Below, piece after piece: positions 30,683 through 41,145 of a stretch of 64,000 nt of DNA (the stretch's first letter is position 1; every line of letters begins with the position of its first letter). The stretch is taken from the NCBI GenBank assembly GCA_949287425.1, contig CASEGJ010000003.1, positions 8,993 to 72,992 of the forward strand, read 5' to 3'. This DNA is from an uncultured Bacillales bacterium. Lineage in GTDB: Bacteria; Bacillota_I; Bacilli_A; RFN20; CAG-288. Below the pieces are notes generated by a model. That model worked only from the letters and a program-made list of their open reading frames with translations, was not told where the DNA came from and ran no database searches. The position numbers and the translations under genes are program-made.

Positions 30683-33550
30683 ATGATTAGACTTGAAAAT
30701 ATTATTAAAGATTATCAACTTGATAAAACTAACATTGTTCACGCTTTAAAAGGAATAAGTTTATCTTTTCCTGAAACTGGTTTAGTTTCCATTTTGGGTC
30801 CTTCTGGATGTGGTAAGACTACCTTATTAAATATTCTTGGTGGCTTAGATAAATATACATCTGGAGATTTAATAATCGATGGTACTTCAACCATGGACTT
30901 TAAGGACGTCGATTGGGATAATTACCGCAACAAAAAAGTTGGTATGATTTTCCAATCATACAATTTAATTCCACATATGAAAGTTATCGATAATGTCGAA
31001 TTAGCCCTTTCTCTATCTGGAGTTAATAAAAACGTCAGAAAAGAATTAGCTATTGAAAGTTTGAAACAAGTAGGTTTAGAAAATGAAATAAATAAAACTC
31101 CAAACCAACTTTCTGGAGGTCAAGCTCAAAGAGTTGCTATTGCTCGAGCTTTAATTAATAACCCTTCTGTCATTTTAGCTGATGAACCTACCGGTGCATT
31201 AGATTCTAAAATTTCTTTGCAAGTTATGGAAATTTTAGAGTCTATTTCTAAAGATAAATTAATTATTATGGTAACTCATAATAGAGAGCTCGCATTTAAA
31301 TATTCGACCAAAATAATTGAAATGTCTGATGGACAAATTGTCAAAGAAATTGATAATTCTCCCGATAATTTACCAAATTCCATTTCTAATAATTCCAATT
31401 TAAATCAATTAATTGACAATAAATTAAAAGAATCATCTTCATATAATAAAGGTAAAACTAGCATGTCATTTTTTACCGCTATGATGATTTCGTTAAAAAA
31501 CATGTTAACTAAAAAAGGAAGAGTTATCATGACTTCTTTTGCGGGTTCTATTGGTATTATTGGCGTCGCTTTAATTCTAGCGGTTTCTAATGGCTTTTCT
31601 AATTTTATTAACAATATGCAACAAGAAACTCTCGCTTCTTATCCATTAACTATAGATTCGATTTGGTATGATACAAACGCTATATTAAATTCCAATAATG
31701 ATTTAGTTGAATATCCTGATGATGAACAAGTAAACATTCAAAAAAGCGATAATTTTTATCATGTAAATAATTTAAGCGATGATTATGTTGAATATGTAAA
31801 TAATCTAAATAGCGAATTAACTAGCGCAATTCAATTAAATTACGCTTTACAAACTAACATCGTTTTTGAAGATGAAAATAATCCAGGAAATTATACTTAT
31901 TTAAATAACGCTTCATCTTCCAGTTCTATTTTATCAACTTCTTCTTGGAATGAATTACCTGATAATAAAGAGTTTATTCTTTCTAATTACGACTTAATTT
32001 CTGGAAAATATCCTTCTAATAGCGGTGAACTTATTTTAGTAGTCGATAGAACTAACTCTCTAAGTGAAAACACTTTACAAGCCTTAGGATACAACACTTT
32101 AAACTCCTTTATTTCTTTTAACGATATTATTAATAAAACATATAAACTAATCGATAACGATGATTTTTATCAAAAATCTGACGAAATTCAAGTTAGTGGA
32201 AAATTTTTAAAATCTAAAGAAGAATTAGCTAAAGACAATCTTACTTTCAATCAATTTTATTCTGAATTTTCAGACATGCTAATGAATCTTTATTCAGATT
32301 CTTCTAATAACTCAAATCAAAATATGCTTGATTCTTGGCAACAATTAATAGATAAATATTTTAATTCTAATAGTGAAACTAAAACTATTTCTTCTTATTT
32401 GCAGCCAAATAGCAGCGATTCAACATTGTTAAAATCTCTATATGAATCTTCTTCAAAAGAATTAAAAGTTGTCGGTATTTTACGTCCTAGAAAAGATACA
32501 TCTATGTCTTTATTAAGTTCAGGATTATATTATACTTCTAGTTTAATAAATGAAAATTTACAGACTGCTGAAAATTCCAATTTAGCAAAAGATATAGAAA
32601 ATCATATAGTAATTGAAAACATTTCTTCACTTTTAGGTTTAACTTCATCTTTAGATTCTTATTATATCCTTCCTCAAATATATTCTTTAATTGATTCTTC
32701 TCCTAAAGTTCAAATTGATTATCAAAATATCTTTTCATCTTTAATTTCGGATCTAAATATTTCTCAACAACAAATTCAACAGTTTCAACAAGCTATTCAA
32801 GATAATAACATCATTCAAATTCTTTCTTTGTTAAATGAAATTTATCAAGATAATCAAGATATTTTAAATTTGGATAATCCTGATATAACCACTTCAATTC
32901 AAACTCTTGTTCAAAATATCAATTCTTCGTTAAGTTCTTATGTAGATTCAAGAAAAACTTATGGTGCTGATAAATTAGTCAACTCAATTACTATTTATCC
33001 TAAATCATTTGAAGCAAAAAAAGAAATTCTCACTTATTTAGATAATTGGAATGTAGATAAACCTTCTTCTAAACAAGTTCAATATACTGATTTAGCTGGT
33101 ATTGCGTTTTCTGCTATTGAAACAACTGTTAACTTAATTACTATTGTTTTAGTTTGTTTCTCTTCAATTTCTTTAATTGTCTCTTGCGTAATGATTGGAA
33201 TTATCATGTATTCTTCTGTATTAGAAAGAACAAAAGAAATAGGTATTTATCGTGCAATAGGGGCTAGAAAGAAAGATATTTCACGACTATTTAAAGTTGA
33301 AGGTATTTTACTAGGTTTTGTTTCTGGGTTAATTGGAATTATAATAACTTATATTTTATGTATTCCTATCAACTTAATTATAAATTCATTAATTACCGGT
33401 GTTCAGTTAAATAACATTGCAAGTTTAGCCTGGTATTCAGCTCTGATTTTAATAGCTATCTCGATGTTATTAACATTTATTTCCGCTTTAATTCCAGCTA
33501 AATTTGCCGCTAATAAAGATCCAGTAAAAGCTTTAAGATCTTCAGATTAA
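30683..33550 (+). CDS. fused ABC transporter ATPase-permease (MacB/FtsX-like) with large extracytoplasmic domain
   Basis: GPSGCGKTT Walker A, LSGGQAQRVAIARAL signature, ILADEPTGALD Walker B; C-terminal 4-TM FtsX-type permease. Confidence 0.85.
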   Translation: MIRLENIIKDYQLDKTNIVHALKGISLSFPETGLVSILGPSGCGKTTLLNILGGLDKYTSGDLIIDGTSTMDFKDVDWDNYRNKKVGMIFQSYNLIPHMKVIDNVELALSLSGVNKNVRKELAIESLKQVGLENEINKTPNQLSGGQAQRVAIARALINNPSVILADEPTGALDSKISLQVMEILESISKDKLIIMVTHNRELAFKYSTKIIEMSDGQIVKEIDNSPDNLPNSISNNSNLNQLIDNKLKESSSYNKGKTSMSFFTAMMISLKNMLTKKGRVIMTSFAGSIGIIGVALILAVSNGFSNFINNMQQETLASYPLTIDSIWYDTNAILNSNNDLVEYPDDEQVNIQKSDNFYHVNNLSDDYVEYVNNLNSELTSAIQLNYALQTNIVFEDENNPGNYTYLNNASSSSSILSTSSWNELPDNKEFILSNYDLISGKYPSNSGELILVVDRTNSLSENTLQALGYNTLNSFISFNDIINKTYKLIDNDDFYQKSDEIQVSGKFLKSKEELAKDNLTFNQFYSEFSDMLMNLYSDSSNNSNQNMLDSWQQLIDKYFNSNSETKTISSYLQPNSSDSTLLKSLYESSSKELKVVGILRPRKDTSMSLLSSGLYYTSSLINENLQTAENSNLAKDIENHIVIENISSLLGLTSSLDSYYILPQIYSLIDSSPKVQIDYQNIFSSLISDLNISQQQIQQFQQAIQDNNIIQILSLLNEIYQDNQDILNLDNPDITTSIQTLVQNINSSLSSYVDSRKTYGADKLVNSITIYPKSFEAKKEILTYLDNWNVDKPSSKQVQYTDLAGIAFSAIETTVNLITIVLVCFSSISLIVSCVMIGIIMYSSVLERTKEIGIYRAIGARKKDISRLFKVEGILLGFVSGLIGIIITYILCIPINLIINSLITGVQLNNIASLAWYSALILIAISMLLTFISALIPAKFAANKDPVKALRSSD

Positions 33551-33580
33551 AAAAACTAGCAAAATCGCTAGTTTTTTCTT

Positions 33581-34780
33581 TTATTCAAATAAATGAGTGA
33601 GCATTTTTGACATTACTATCATTTGATCTATATCGACATATTCGAATCTACCATGGCAATTATAATCACCCGTTCCAAGATTTGGACAAATTAATCCTTT
33701 AAAAGTTAAATTTGCTCCATCTGTTCCACCCCTAATTGGTTCTAGTTCATAAGTTAAATTTTCTTTTTCATACATTTTGTTAACTAACTCAAGAACTTCA
33801 GGATGTTGAATAACGATATCTTTCATATTTTTATATGATTTATTAATTTTAACTTCAACTATATCTTTTTTATAAAGTTCATTTATTCTTTTTCCAGCTA
33901 GATTAGCGTAATCTATCATACAATTTAATTTATTAGCGTCGTGTTCTCTAATAATATATTCTAATTTTGAAAATTCTTCATTTCCTTCAAAATTAGTTAT
34001 ATGATAAAAACCTTCTCTATTTTCTGTATCTTCTGGACGCATAAATCTAGGTAAACTAGTGTGAAATTCCATACCTACATTAATTGCGTTAATCATTTTA
34101 TCTTTAGCAGAACCTGGATGAATTGAACGTCCTTGTATGTTAACTATCATACTTGCAGCGTTGAAATTTTCAATACTAACATAATTGATGTCTCCTCCAT
34201 CAATTGTAAAACCAATTTTAGAATGCAATTTATCTACATCTATATGTTCAGCTCCTAATCCTATTTCTTCGTCTGTTGAAAAAACAACTTCAATAGGGGA
34301 ATGATCTATTTTATTTTTTATAAAATATTCCAACATATCCATAATAATAGCGATTCCAGCTTTATCATCTCCACCTAACAATGTCGTTCCATCAGTAACA
34401 ATTAAACTATGTCCGATTGATTTTTTTAAACTTGGAAATTCTTTGACTTCCATTATCGTATTTTCATTTAGTTTAATGTCTTTTCCATCGTAGTTTTTAA
34501 TTATTCGCGGTTTAATATTTTTACCAGATGCACTTGAAGAAGTATCCATATGAGCATTTAAAAATATCGGTTCTCTTGAAATATTTCCTGGAAAATAAGT
34601 ATGTACTGAACCGAATTTATTTATATAAATTTCTTCTCCACCTAGCTCTTTTAATTCTTTTTCCAACAAATCAGCTAATTTGTATTGTTCATCTGATGAA
34701 GCTTTTTCTAATGAACTTGTTTCATCGAATGAAGTGGTGTCATAACTGACATATTTTAAAAATTTTTCAACTATATTCAT
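33581..34780 (-). CDS. pepT: peptidase T (tripeptide aminopeptidase, M20B)
   Basis: 399 aa; M20 metal ligand pattern (HMDT, GDDKAG, EEIG). Confidence 0.85.
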   Translation of the reverse strand: MNIVEKFLKYVSYDTTSFDETSSLEKASSDEQYKLADLLEKELKELGGEEIYINKFGSVHTYFPGNISREPIFLNAHMDTSSSASGKNIKPRIIKNYDGKDIKLNENTIMEVKEFPSLKKSIGHSLIVTDGTTLLGGDDKAGIAIIMDMLEYFIKNKIDHSPIEVVFSTDEEIGLGAEHIDVDKLHSKIGFTIDGGDINYVSIENFNAASMIVNIQGRSIHPGSAKDKMINAINVGMEFHTSLPRFMRPEDTENREGFYHITNFEGNEEFSKLEYIIREHDANKLNCMIDYANLAGKRINELYKKDIVEVKINKSYKNMKDIVIQHPEVLELVNKMYEKENLTYELEPIRGGTDGANLTFKGLICPNLGTGDYNCHGRFEYVDIDQMIVMSKMLTHLFE

Positions 34781-35013
34781 ACACTTATCCTCTCTAATAA
34801 ATAATTTTAACTATAACTAGTTCCAAATGCAAAAAATACGCTTTTTAATTATAAAAAAATAGTTACTTCTTTTTATTAAAAAAATTGGGTTTTTAGCGTT
34901 TTTTTTTAATTTATTAACTTGTTATTCATCCTAATTATTAGTATATTTAATACTTGAAGATTGATAAAATATGTTTCTAAAAATTATTCAATCTTTAAAA
35001 AGAGGAATATAGT

Positions 35014-35409
35014 ATGGCATCAAAAGGACAAAAATTCAAAAAATACGATATTGAATTAAAGAAAAAAGTAGTAAATGAATTTTTAACCAATCATACTTCT
35101 TTATTGGAACTAGCTTACACATATAAAATTGCTTCTCAAGAATCTATTCTCCAATGGGTAAAAAAATATCAAAAGTATGGAGAAGCAGCTTTTTTAGATA
35201 AAAGAGGGGTTGCTACTTCTTCTACCTCTCCTTTAAAAGGTAGACCGAAAAAATATTTCGATGACCCTGACCAAGAAAAAGAATATAAACAGCTTATCGC
35301 TAATAGAAACAAAAAAAGAGCAGCTGAAAAAAGAAGAATAAATAAAGCAAGAAAGAAAAGAGAAGCAAGAAAAGCTTTAGAAAACCAATACGAAGTTGAA
35401 ATTGAATAA
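35014..35409 (+). mobile_element. IS3-family transposase OrfA-like remnant (HTH only; no OrfB)
   Basis: HTH_Tnp_1-like N-terminus (KYDIELKKKVVNEFL...ILQWVKKYQKYGEAAF...GRPKK); A7G slippery heptamer ~35308-35316 but the -1 frame terminates after 9 codons. Confidence 0.4.
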
Positions 35410-35420
35410 TTTTGTTTACT

Positions 35421-35456
35421 AGCTGCAGTAGTCATTATTACTGCAGCTTTTTATCT
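35421..35456 (+). terminator. intrinsic terminator
   Basis: AGCTGCAGTA-N8-TACTGCAGCT perfect 10-bp stem plus TTTT. Confidence 0.6.
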
Positions 35457-35494
35457 ATTCATTTTTTTTATTTTAATGTTAAAATATTAGAGTT

Positions 35495-35683
35495 ATGAGA
35501 TATCAATTAAATTCTATAGTTTCCACTTTAATCGACAAACCTGAAGCTAAAAAAGGCTCTATTGGCGCTATTATCGGGGTGAAAGATGATTCTTATTTAG
35601 TTGAAATTTTTGTTGGAAGCAAAATTCCACACATTCAACTTTTTTACCAAGAAAATCAAATTTATAGAATAGAAAACGAATAA
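35495..35683 (+). CDS. small hypothetical protein (DUF4926-like beta-rich)
   Basis: 62-aa ORF immediately upstream of, and coupled with, the kinase gene. Confidence 0.3.
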   Translation: MRYQLNSIVSTLIDKPEAKKGSIGAIIGVKDDSYLVEIFVGSKIPHIQLFYQENQIYRIENE

Positions 35684-35687
35684 TATT

Positions 35688-37238
35688 ATGAAAAAAGATT
35701 GCGCTTTAGGTATTGATTTCGGAACTCAATCAGTAAGAATTATCGTCTTTGATTCAAAAGGAAATACTCTTATAAAATATCAAGAACCTTATGAAAAACC
35801 ATATTTTTCTGTTAAACATGGTTATGCTGAACAAGATCCTAACTATTATTTAGAAAAACTTTATATTTGTACAAATAAATTAGCTAAAAACAATCCTGAT
35901 TTAGTAGAAAGACTTCTCGGTGGTTCTATATCTTGCTTTAGAGATTCTATAGTTGTTTTAGATAAAGATTTTAATGTTTTGCGCCCTTGTATTTTGTGGT
36001 TAGACCAAAGAATGGCTGAATGTAAATCTAAATTACCTGTTTTTACTGAATTGATAATTAGAATTTCAGGAATGTATTCTACTGCCGATTTAAATAGAAA
36101 AAAAACTCTTGCCAATTATTTAGAAGAAAGTGAACCTGAAATTTGGAAACAAGTTAGACATTATTGGAATATTTCAACTTATATAAATTATAAATTAACT
36201 GGAAATCCTATTGATTCCCCTTCTTGTTATGCTGGACATTTTCCAATTTGTGCTAAAAAGAAAAAATGGAATTCTAAATACAATTTTAGAAATTGCATCT
36301 TTAATATTCCTTTAAATTATTTACCTAAACTTATTGATCAAGGTGAACTTTTAGGTACAATTTCAGAAAGTGCTAGTAAATTATCAGGTTTACCTGTTGG
36401 ATTTAAACTTTATGCTGGATCAGGAGATAAAACTTCTGAAACTTTAGGAATTGGAGCTTTTGATGAATCTATCGCTTCTATTTCTTATGGAACTGCTTGT
36501 TCAATTGAAATTTTAACTAAAAAATATCACGATTCTGAAGGTTTTTTACCAGCTTATGTTTCTCCTGTTCCTAATTTATGGACCATGGAAATTCAAATTT
36601 ATCGAGGATATTGGATGCTTGAATGGTTCGCTAAAAATTTCGCTAGTGAAGAATTAAATGCTGCTAGTATAGCTAGTCAAGCTGTCGAAGAAGTTTTAAA
36701 TCAAAAAATGATGGAAATTCCTCCTGGTTCAGAAGGTTTAATTTTACAACCATATTGGGGACCAGGTTTAAAACGTCCTCTTGCTAAAGGTGCTATACTT
36801 GGATTTTCAGATTACCATAGCAAATATCATGTCTATAGAGCAATTATTGAAGGTATTGCTTTTGCATTAAAAGAAGGCCTTATAAAAATGCAAAAAAGAA
36901 GACATAAAGGCAAAGTTAAAAGAATAAGAGTTTCTGGAGGTGGTTCATCTTCTTCAGCTATATGTCAAATTACTGCTGATATTTTTAATTTGCCAGTTTC
37001 TAAAATTCAAACTTCTGAAACTGCTTCTTTAGGTGCTGCTATTGTTACTTTTGTTTCTTCAAATTACTATTCTTCTTATCAAGAAGCGGTTAAAAACATG
37101 GTTCATCAATCTAAAGAATATCTTCCTAATAAAGAAAACGCCAAACTTTACGATAAAATATATAAACAGGTTTATAAAAATATCTATCCTAGGTTAAAAC
37201 CGTTAAATTTATCTATTAGAGACGTTTTAAAAAAATAA
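35688..37238 (+). CDS. FGGY-family carbohydrate kinase (xylulokinase-like)
   Basis: 516 aa; LGIDFGTQSVR N-terminal motif, GGG..S.. C-terminal ATP motif. Confidence 0.8.
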   Translation: MKKDCALGIDFGTQSVRIIVFDSKGNTLIKYQEPYEKPYFSVKHGYAEQDPNYYLEKLYICTNKLAKNNPDLVERLLGGSISCFRDSIVVLDKDFNVLRPCILWLDQRMAECKSKLPVFTELIIRISGMYSTADLNRKKTLANYLEESEPEIWKQVRHYWNISTYINYKLTGNPIDSPSCYAGHFPICAKKKKWNSKYNFRNCIFNIPLNYLPKLIDQGELLGTISESASKLSGLPVGFKLYAGSGDKTSETLGIGAFDESIASISYGTACSIEILTKKYHDSEGFLPAYVSPVPNLWTMEIQIYRGYWMLEWFAKNFASEELNAASIASQAVEEVLNQKMMEIPPGSEGLILQPYWGPGLKRPLAKGAILGFSDYHSKYHVYRAIIEGIAFALKEGLIKMQKRRHKGKVKRIRVSGGGSSSSAICQITADIFNLPVSKIQTSETASLGAAIVTFVSSNYYSSYQEAVKNMVHQSKEYLPNKENAKLYDKIYKQVYKNIYPRLKPLNLSIRDVLKK

Positions 37239-37289
37239 GCTACAACATGCTTATTTTTTTTAGTTTTTAGCATTATTTTTTACCTTTAC

Positions 37290-37600
37290 TTTGTGGATAG
37301 TTTTTTATTTTCCATTTATCCACAGCTTTTTTTATTTGTTAACAGCTTTTCCACAAGAAATTAACTTATTCACCATATGTGAATATTGTAATTTTCAACC
37401 TGTTAATATTTGTACTTTTTTGGCTTAGTATAAGCTTTTTATTGTTGTGAATAACTTTTATCTATCAAAAAGTTACAAACACTATTCACAAAACCTTGTC
37501 AAGAAAAAGTTATTGACAATTTATCCACAAGTAAAATATGTGAATAAGTCGTGAAACACGATAAATTAAGCGTTTTACAATCGTGTTTTTTGTGGATAAC
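37290..37600. promoter_or_regulatory. oriC DnaA-box cluster upstream of dnaA
   Basis: Perfect TTATCCACA at 37316-37324 (+), 37521-37529 (+), 37591-37599 (-); 1-mismatch boxes at 37292, 37347, 37446, 37539; AT-rich tract 37610-37650. Confidence 0.75.
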
Positions 37601-37683
37601 TTTCTTTTAAAAAATTTTAATTTTTTTCAATCTAAAAAATCAAAAAAAGCGTGTTATTATATCTACGTTAAGGAAAGTTACTT

Positions 37684-39045
37684 ATGAGTGTTAAATTAGA
37701 TCAATTGGATAATATTTGGAAATTAGTATTAAAGAAAATCGAAAATAAAACAGAAGATAGAACTAGTTTTAATAGTTTAATTTCGCCTTGCTATTTAGAA
37801 TCGCTAACAAATAGTAAAGCTGTCTTAATTGCTCCTCACGATGTTGCTAAAAAGATTTTAAACGAAAATTTTTATCAGCTTATTTTAAATGAATTAAATG
37901 ATGTTACTGAATCCAATTTTAATTTAGAAATTTTATCTAAAAATGAAATTCAGAAAAAAACTTCATATAGTTCATATAAACAAACTAACAATAATTATTT
38001 TGAAAATTGCTGTTTGCAACAAAAATATACTTTTAATAATTTTGTTGTTGGTAAATCTAATAAAGAAGCTTATGATTCCGCGACTTTCATTGCCTCTAAC
38101 CAAGCAAAATTCAATCCTTTATTTATCTATTCTAAATCTGGTTTAGGTAAAACTCATTTAATGTGCGCTATCGGTAACTATGTAAAAAATAAATTTCCTG
38201 AAAAAAAAGTTTTATATATAACTTCAAATGATTTTGTCGATGAGTTTGTCAAATTTGTTAGAGGTGATTCTGATAAAGAACCATTAAAAGAATTTTTTAG
38301 AGGTATAGATTACCTTTTAATTGATGATATTCAATTTTTAGCTAACAAGACTCAAACAGAAGTTATGTTTTTTAATATCTTTAACCTCCTTGTCGATTCT
38401 AACAAACAAATTGTTATCACTTCAGATACTCCTCCTAATTTACTTTCAGGTTTAGAAGAAAGATTAGTCACTCGTTTTGCTCAAGGATTAACTGTTTCAA
38501 TTGATAAACCAGAAAAAGCTACTTTAATTGAAATTCTAAAAATGAAAATTAAATCTAACGGATTTAATCCCGATATTTTTGAAGATGATGCTTTAGATTA
38601 TTTAGCTAATAGTTTTTCTAACGATATAAGATCTTTAGAAGGGGCTTTAAATAGAATTTTATTTTTCAATGTAACTTCTAACAATCTTGATAACATAACT
38701 TTAGAAATAGTTAAGCAAGCTTTTAACAAAGAAAATGAACATGTTAAAAAAGGTGAAAAAATAACTGCTGAAAAAATTATTTCTGTTGTTTCACGATATT
38801 ATAATCTTACAGAGACACAATTGCTATCTAACGTAAGAACTAATCAAATTTCACTTGTTAGAGCAATCGCTATGTATCTATGTCGTTCTATTTTAAATCT
38901 TTCAACAACTTCTATCGCTACTAGTTTTCATAAAAAAGACCACACAACAGTATTAGCAGCTTATAAAAAAGTGGATAACTTGTTAAAAACTGATGACGCT
39001 ATGAAAAAAGCTATAAAGCAGTTAACAAACCAATTAAAAGCTTAA
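37684..39045 (+). CDS. dnaA: chromosomal replication initiator DnaA
   Basis: 453 aa; AAA+ Walker A GKSGLGKTHL, domain IV HTH. Confidence 0.97.
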   Translation: MSVKLDQLDNIWKLVLKKIENKTEDRTSFNSLISPCYLESLTNSKAVLIAPHDVAKKILNENFYQLILNELNDVTESNFNLEILSKNEIQKKTSYSSYKQTNNNYFENCCLQQKYTFNNFVVGKSNKEAYDSATFIASNQAKFNPLFIYSKSGLGKTHLMCAIGNYVKNKFPEKKVLYITSNDFVDEFVKFVRGDSDKEPLKEFFRGIDYLLIDDIQFLANKTQTEVMFFNIFNLLVDSNKQIVITSDTPPNLLSGLEERLVTRFAQGLTVSIDKPEKATLIEILKMKIKSNGFNPDIFEDDALDYLANSFSNDIRSLEGALNRILFFNVTSNNLDNITLEIVKQAFNKENEHVKKGEKITAEKIISVVSRYYNLTETQLLSNVRTNQISLVRAIAMYLCRSILNLSTTSIATSFHKKDHTTVLAAYKKVDNLLKTDDAMKKAIKQLTNQLKA

Positions 39046-39100
39046 TAATAAGGGATTTTTTTGATATAATTATATAGTAAAAACTTTGTGATTTCACAAG

Positions 39101-39118
39101 TTATTCACATTATTCACA
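39101..39118 (+). promoter_or_regulatory. two tandem DnaA-box-like sites (TTATTCACA x2) between dnaA and dnaN
   Basis: 1-mismatch DnaA boxes; typical second oriC module of Firmicutes/Mollicutes. Confidence 0.5.
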
Positions 39119-39168
39119 CAAATCACAAGCTTTATTATTAATATTATTTAGAAAGGAATAATTATTAT

Positions 39169-40281
39169 ATGAAATTAACGTTAAAAAGAGCTCCATTTGA
39201 AAAAATTTTAACTACATTAAGCGAAGTCATTCCTTCTCAAACAGCTGATGCTAATTTAAAGAATTTTTTAATCGATGTTTCTGAAGATGGTTTTAAGATT
39301 TTAGGTTCAGATGGAACTTTATCAATAGAAACTTTTATTTCAAACAAAGGTGATTCAATTATAATTAACTTAAACCCAGGTTCAGTTCAAATACCAGCTA
39401 GTTTATTTTTATCTGCTATAAAAAGATTATCTAATGAAATTGTAAGTTTAGAACTTGTCGATGAATCGTTATTATATTTAACTGATGAATTAACTCAATA
39501 TCAATTAAAAGTTATACCTGCTAATGAATATCCTAATATTTCGATGGAATGTTCTTTAGATGAATCTATAACTATTAAGATGTCTGATTTTGAAAGACTA
39601 TATCAAACTACTTATTTTGCTGTTGCTAATAAAGGGCCAAAAGAACTATTTTGTGGAATTAACATTTCAGCTAAAAATGATAAATTAACTTTTGTCGCTA
39701 CTGATTCATATCGTCTTGCAAGAAAATATATCGATTTAGATAAGGAACATTATTTTTCTATAACAGTTCCTTCTAAAGCTTTAACTTTAGTTTCTCATAT
39801 AACTTCTTATCAAGAAGTCAGTATGTATTTAGATACTAATAAAGTGTTATTTAAAGTTGGTCCTTATACTGTTTCAAGCAAACTTATTCCTGGTGAATTC
39901 CCTAATATCGATAAAATTATTCCTACCAATATCACATATAAATTAGATGTTAATTCAAAAGAATTTATTCAAGCCGTTGATAATATAACTATCGTTGGTA
40001 ACTCTAGAATTCAAGTTACTTGTGGCCCTGATATAATTCAATTAGCTTCTAAAGATCAAAATGTCGGTTCTTCTATGATGCCGTTAAAAGATGCTCATTT
40101 TGAAGGTGATGATAGATTTAGCATCATTTTTAAATCTAATTTTGCAATAGACGCAATTAAAGCTTTAGATTCTGAAAGAGTCTGTTTGGAATTCGTTTCT
40201 GATTCAAGAGCGTTTTTAATTACTAGTGAAGATAAATCAATAACTCAAGTAATTACACCAATTAGAACTTTATCTGAATAA
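39169..40281 (+). CDS. dnaN: DNA polymerase III beta sliding clamp
   Basis: 370 aa, three-domain clamp; position after dnaA. Confidence 0.9.
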   Translation: MKLTLKRAPFEKILTTLSEVIPSQTADANLKNFLIDVSEDGFKILGSDGTLSIETFISNKGDSIIINLNPGSVQIPASLFLSAIKRLSNEIVSLELVDESLLYLTDELTQYQLKVIPANEYPNISMECSLDESITIKMSDFERLYQTTYFAVANKGPKELFCGINISAKNDKLTFVATDSYRLARKYIDLDKEHYFSITVPSKALTLVSHITSYQEVSMYLDTNKVLFKVGPYTVSSKLIPGEFPNIDKIIPTNITYKLDVNSKEFIQAVDNITIVGNSRIQVTCGPDIIQLASKDQNVGSSMMPLKDAHFEGDDRFSIIFKSNFAIDAIKALDSERVCLEFVSDSRAFLITSEDKSITQVITPIRTLSE

Positions 40282-40293
40282 ATATCAATTATG

Positions 40294-40328
40294 AGAAGTA
40301 AACTTAAACGGTTTGCTTCTTTTTTTTA
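40294..40328 (+). terminator. intrinsic terminator after dnaN
   Basis: AGAAGTAAAC...GTTTGCTTCT 10-bp stem (one G.U) plus T8. Confidence 0.6.
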
Positions 40329-40935
40329 TGTGTTAGATATTAATATTTTGTGTTTAATACTTTTTAAGAAGTTAAAAAAATAGCTGTAGCTCATTATAAT
40401 CAGCTTTTTTAGCTATTTTATTCTGAATAAAATTAAGTACATATCACCTCATGTTTGTTTTAACTTTTACTTATTATTGATTTTATTGTTTTTGAAGAAA
40501 GTAGATAAAAAAATAAAATATAAATTTTAAAATTAAAAGTTTTTCAAAGGTAAATGCAAAAATATCGATATTTTTTATCATGTAATCAATTTAAAGACTG
40601 TATTTTTTGTAATTAATTTTATTTTTAGATAAACCAATAGTGTAGATGTGTTTTGATAAATTTTTTCTACCTTACCTTTCTATTGTGATTGTTGTGGGTC
40701 ATAATAGAAAACGTTAATAAGTTTATTTCCTTTATTATTATTTTCTAAAAGACTAGATGAAGAAAATTCAATACCTCTATCTGCTAAAAGCACCTCAAAG
40801 ATTGAAGAAAAAGATTCATTTCCGAGAGTGCTTTTATTTTTGCATTTAACTATTTAATCTACATTAATATATATAGTAAATATTATATATATAATATAGT
40901 GCTTAAAAATGGTATAATATTCTTGGTATCGATTT

Positions 40936-41145
40936 ATGGAAAAGAAAATTAAAATTCATACTCCTTATATCACTTTAGGCCAATTTTTAAAATTTACTAA
41001 CATTATTTCTAATGGAGGACAGGAAAAAGTTTTTTTGTTAGAAAATGAAGTGAAAGTAAATTCTACTTTAGAATCTAGACGTGGAAGAAAATTAAAAATT
41101 GGAGATAAAGTTGAAGTTTTAGGAAATATCTTTGAAATATGCTAG
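40936..41145 (+). CDS. yaaA: S4-domain RNA-binding protein YaaA
   Basis: 69 aa; S4 motif; conserved position between dnaN and recF. Confidence 0.7.
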   Translation: MEKKIKIHTPYITLGQFLKFTNIISNGGQEKVFLLENEVKVNSTLESRRGRKLKIGDKVEVLGNIFEIC

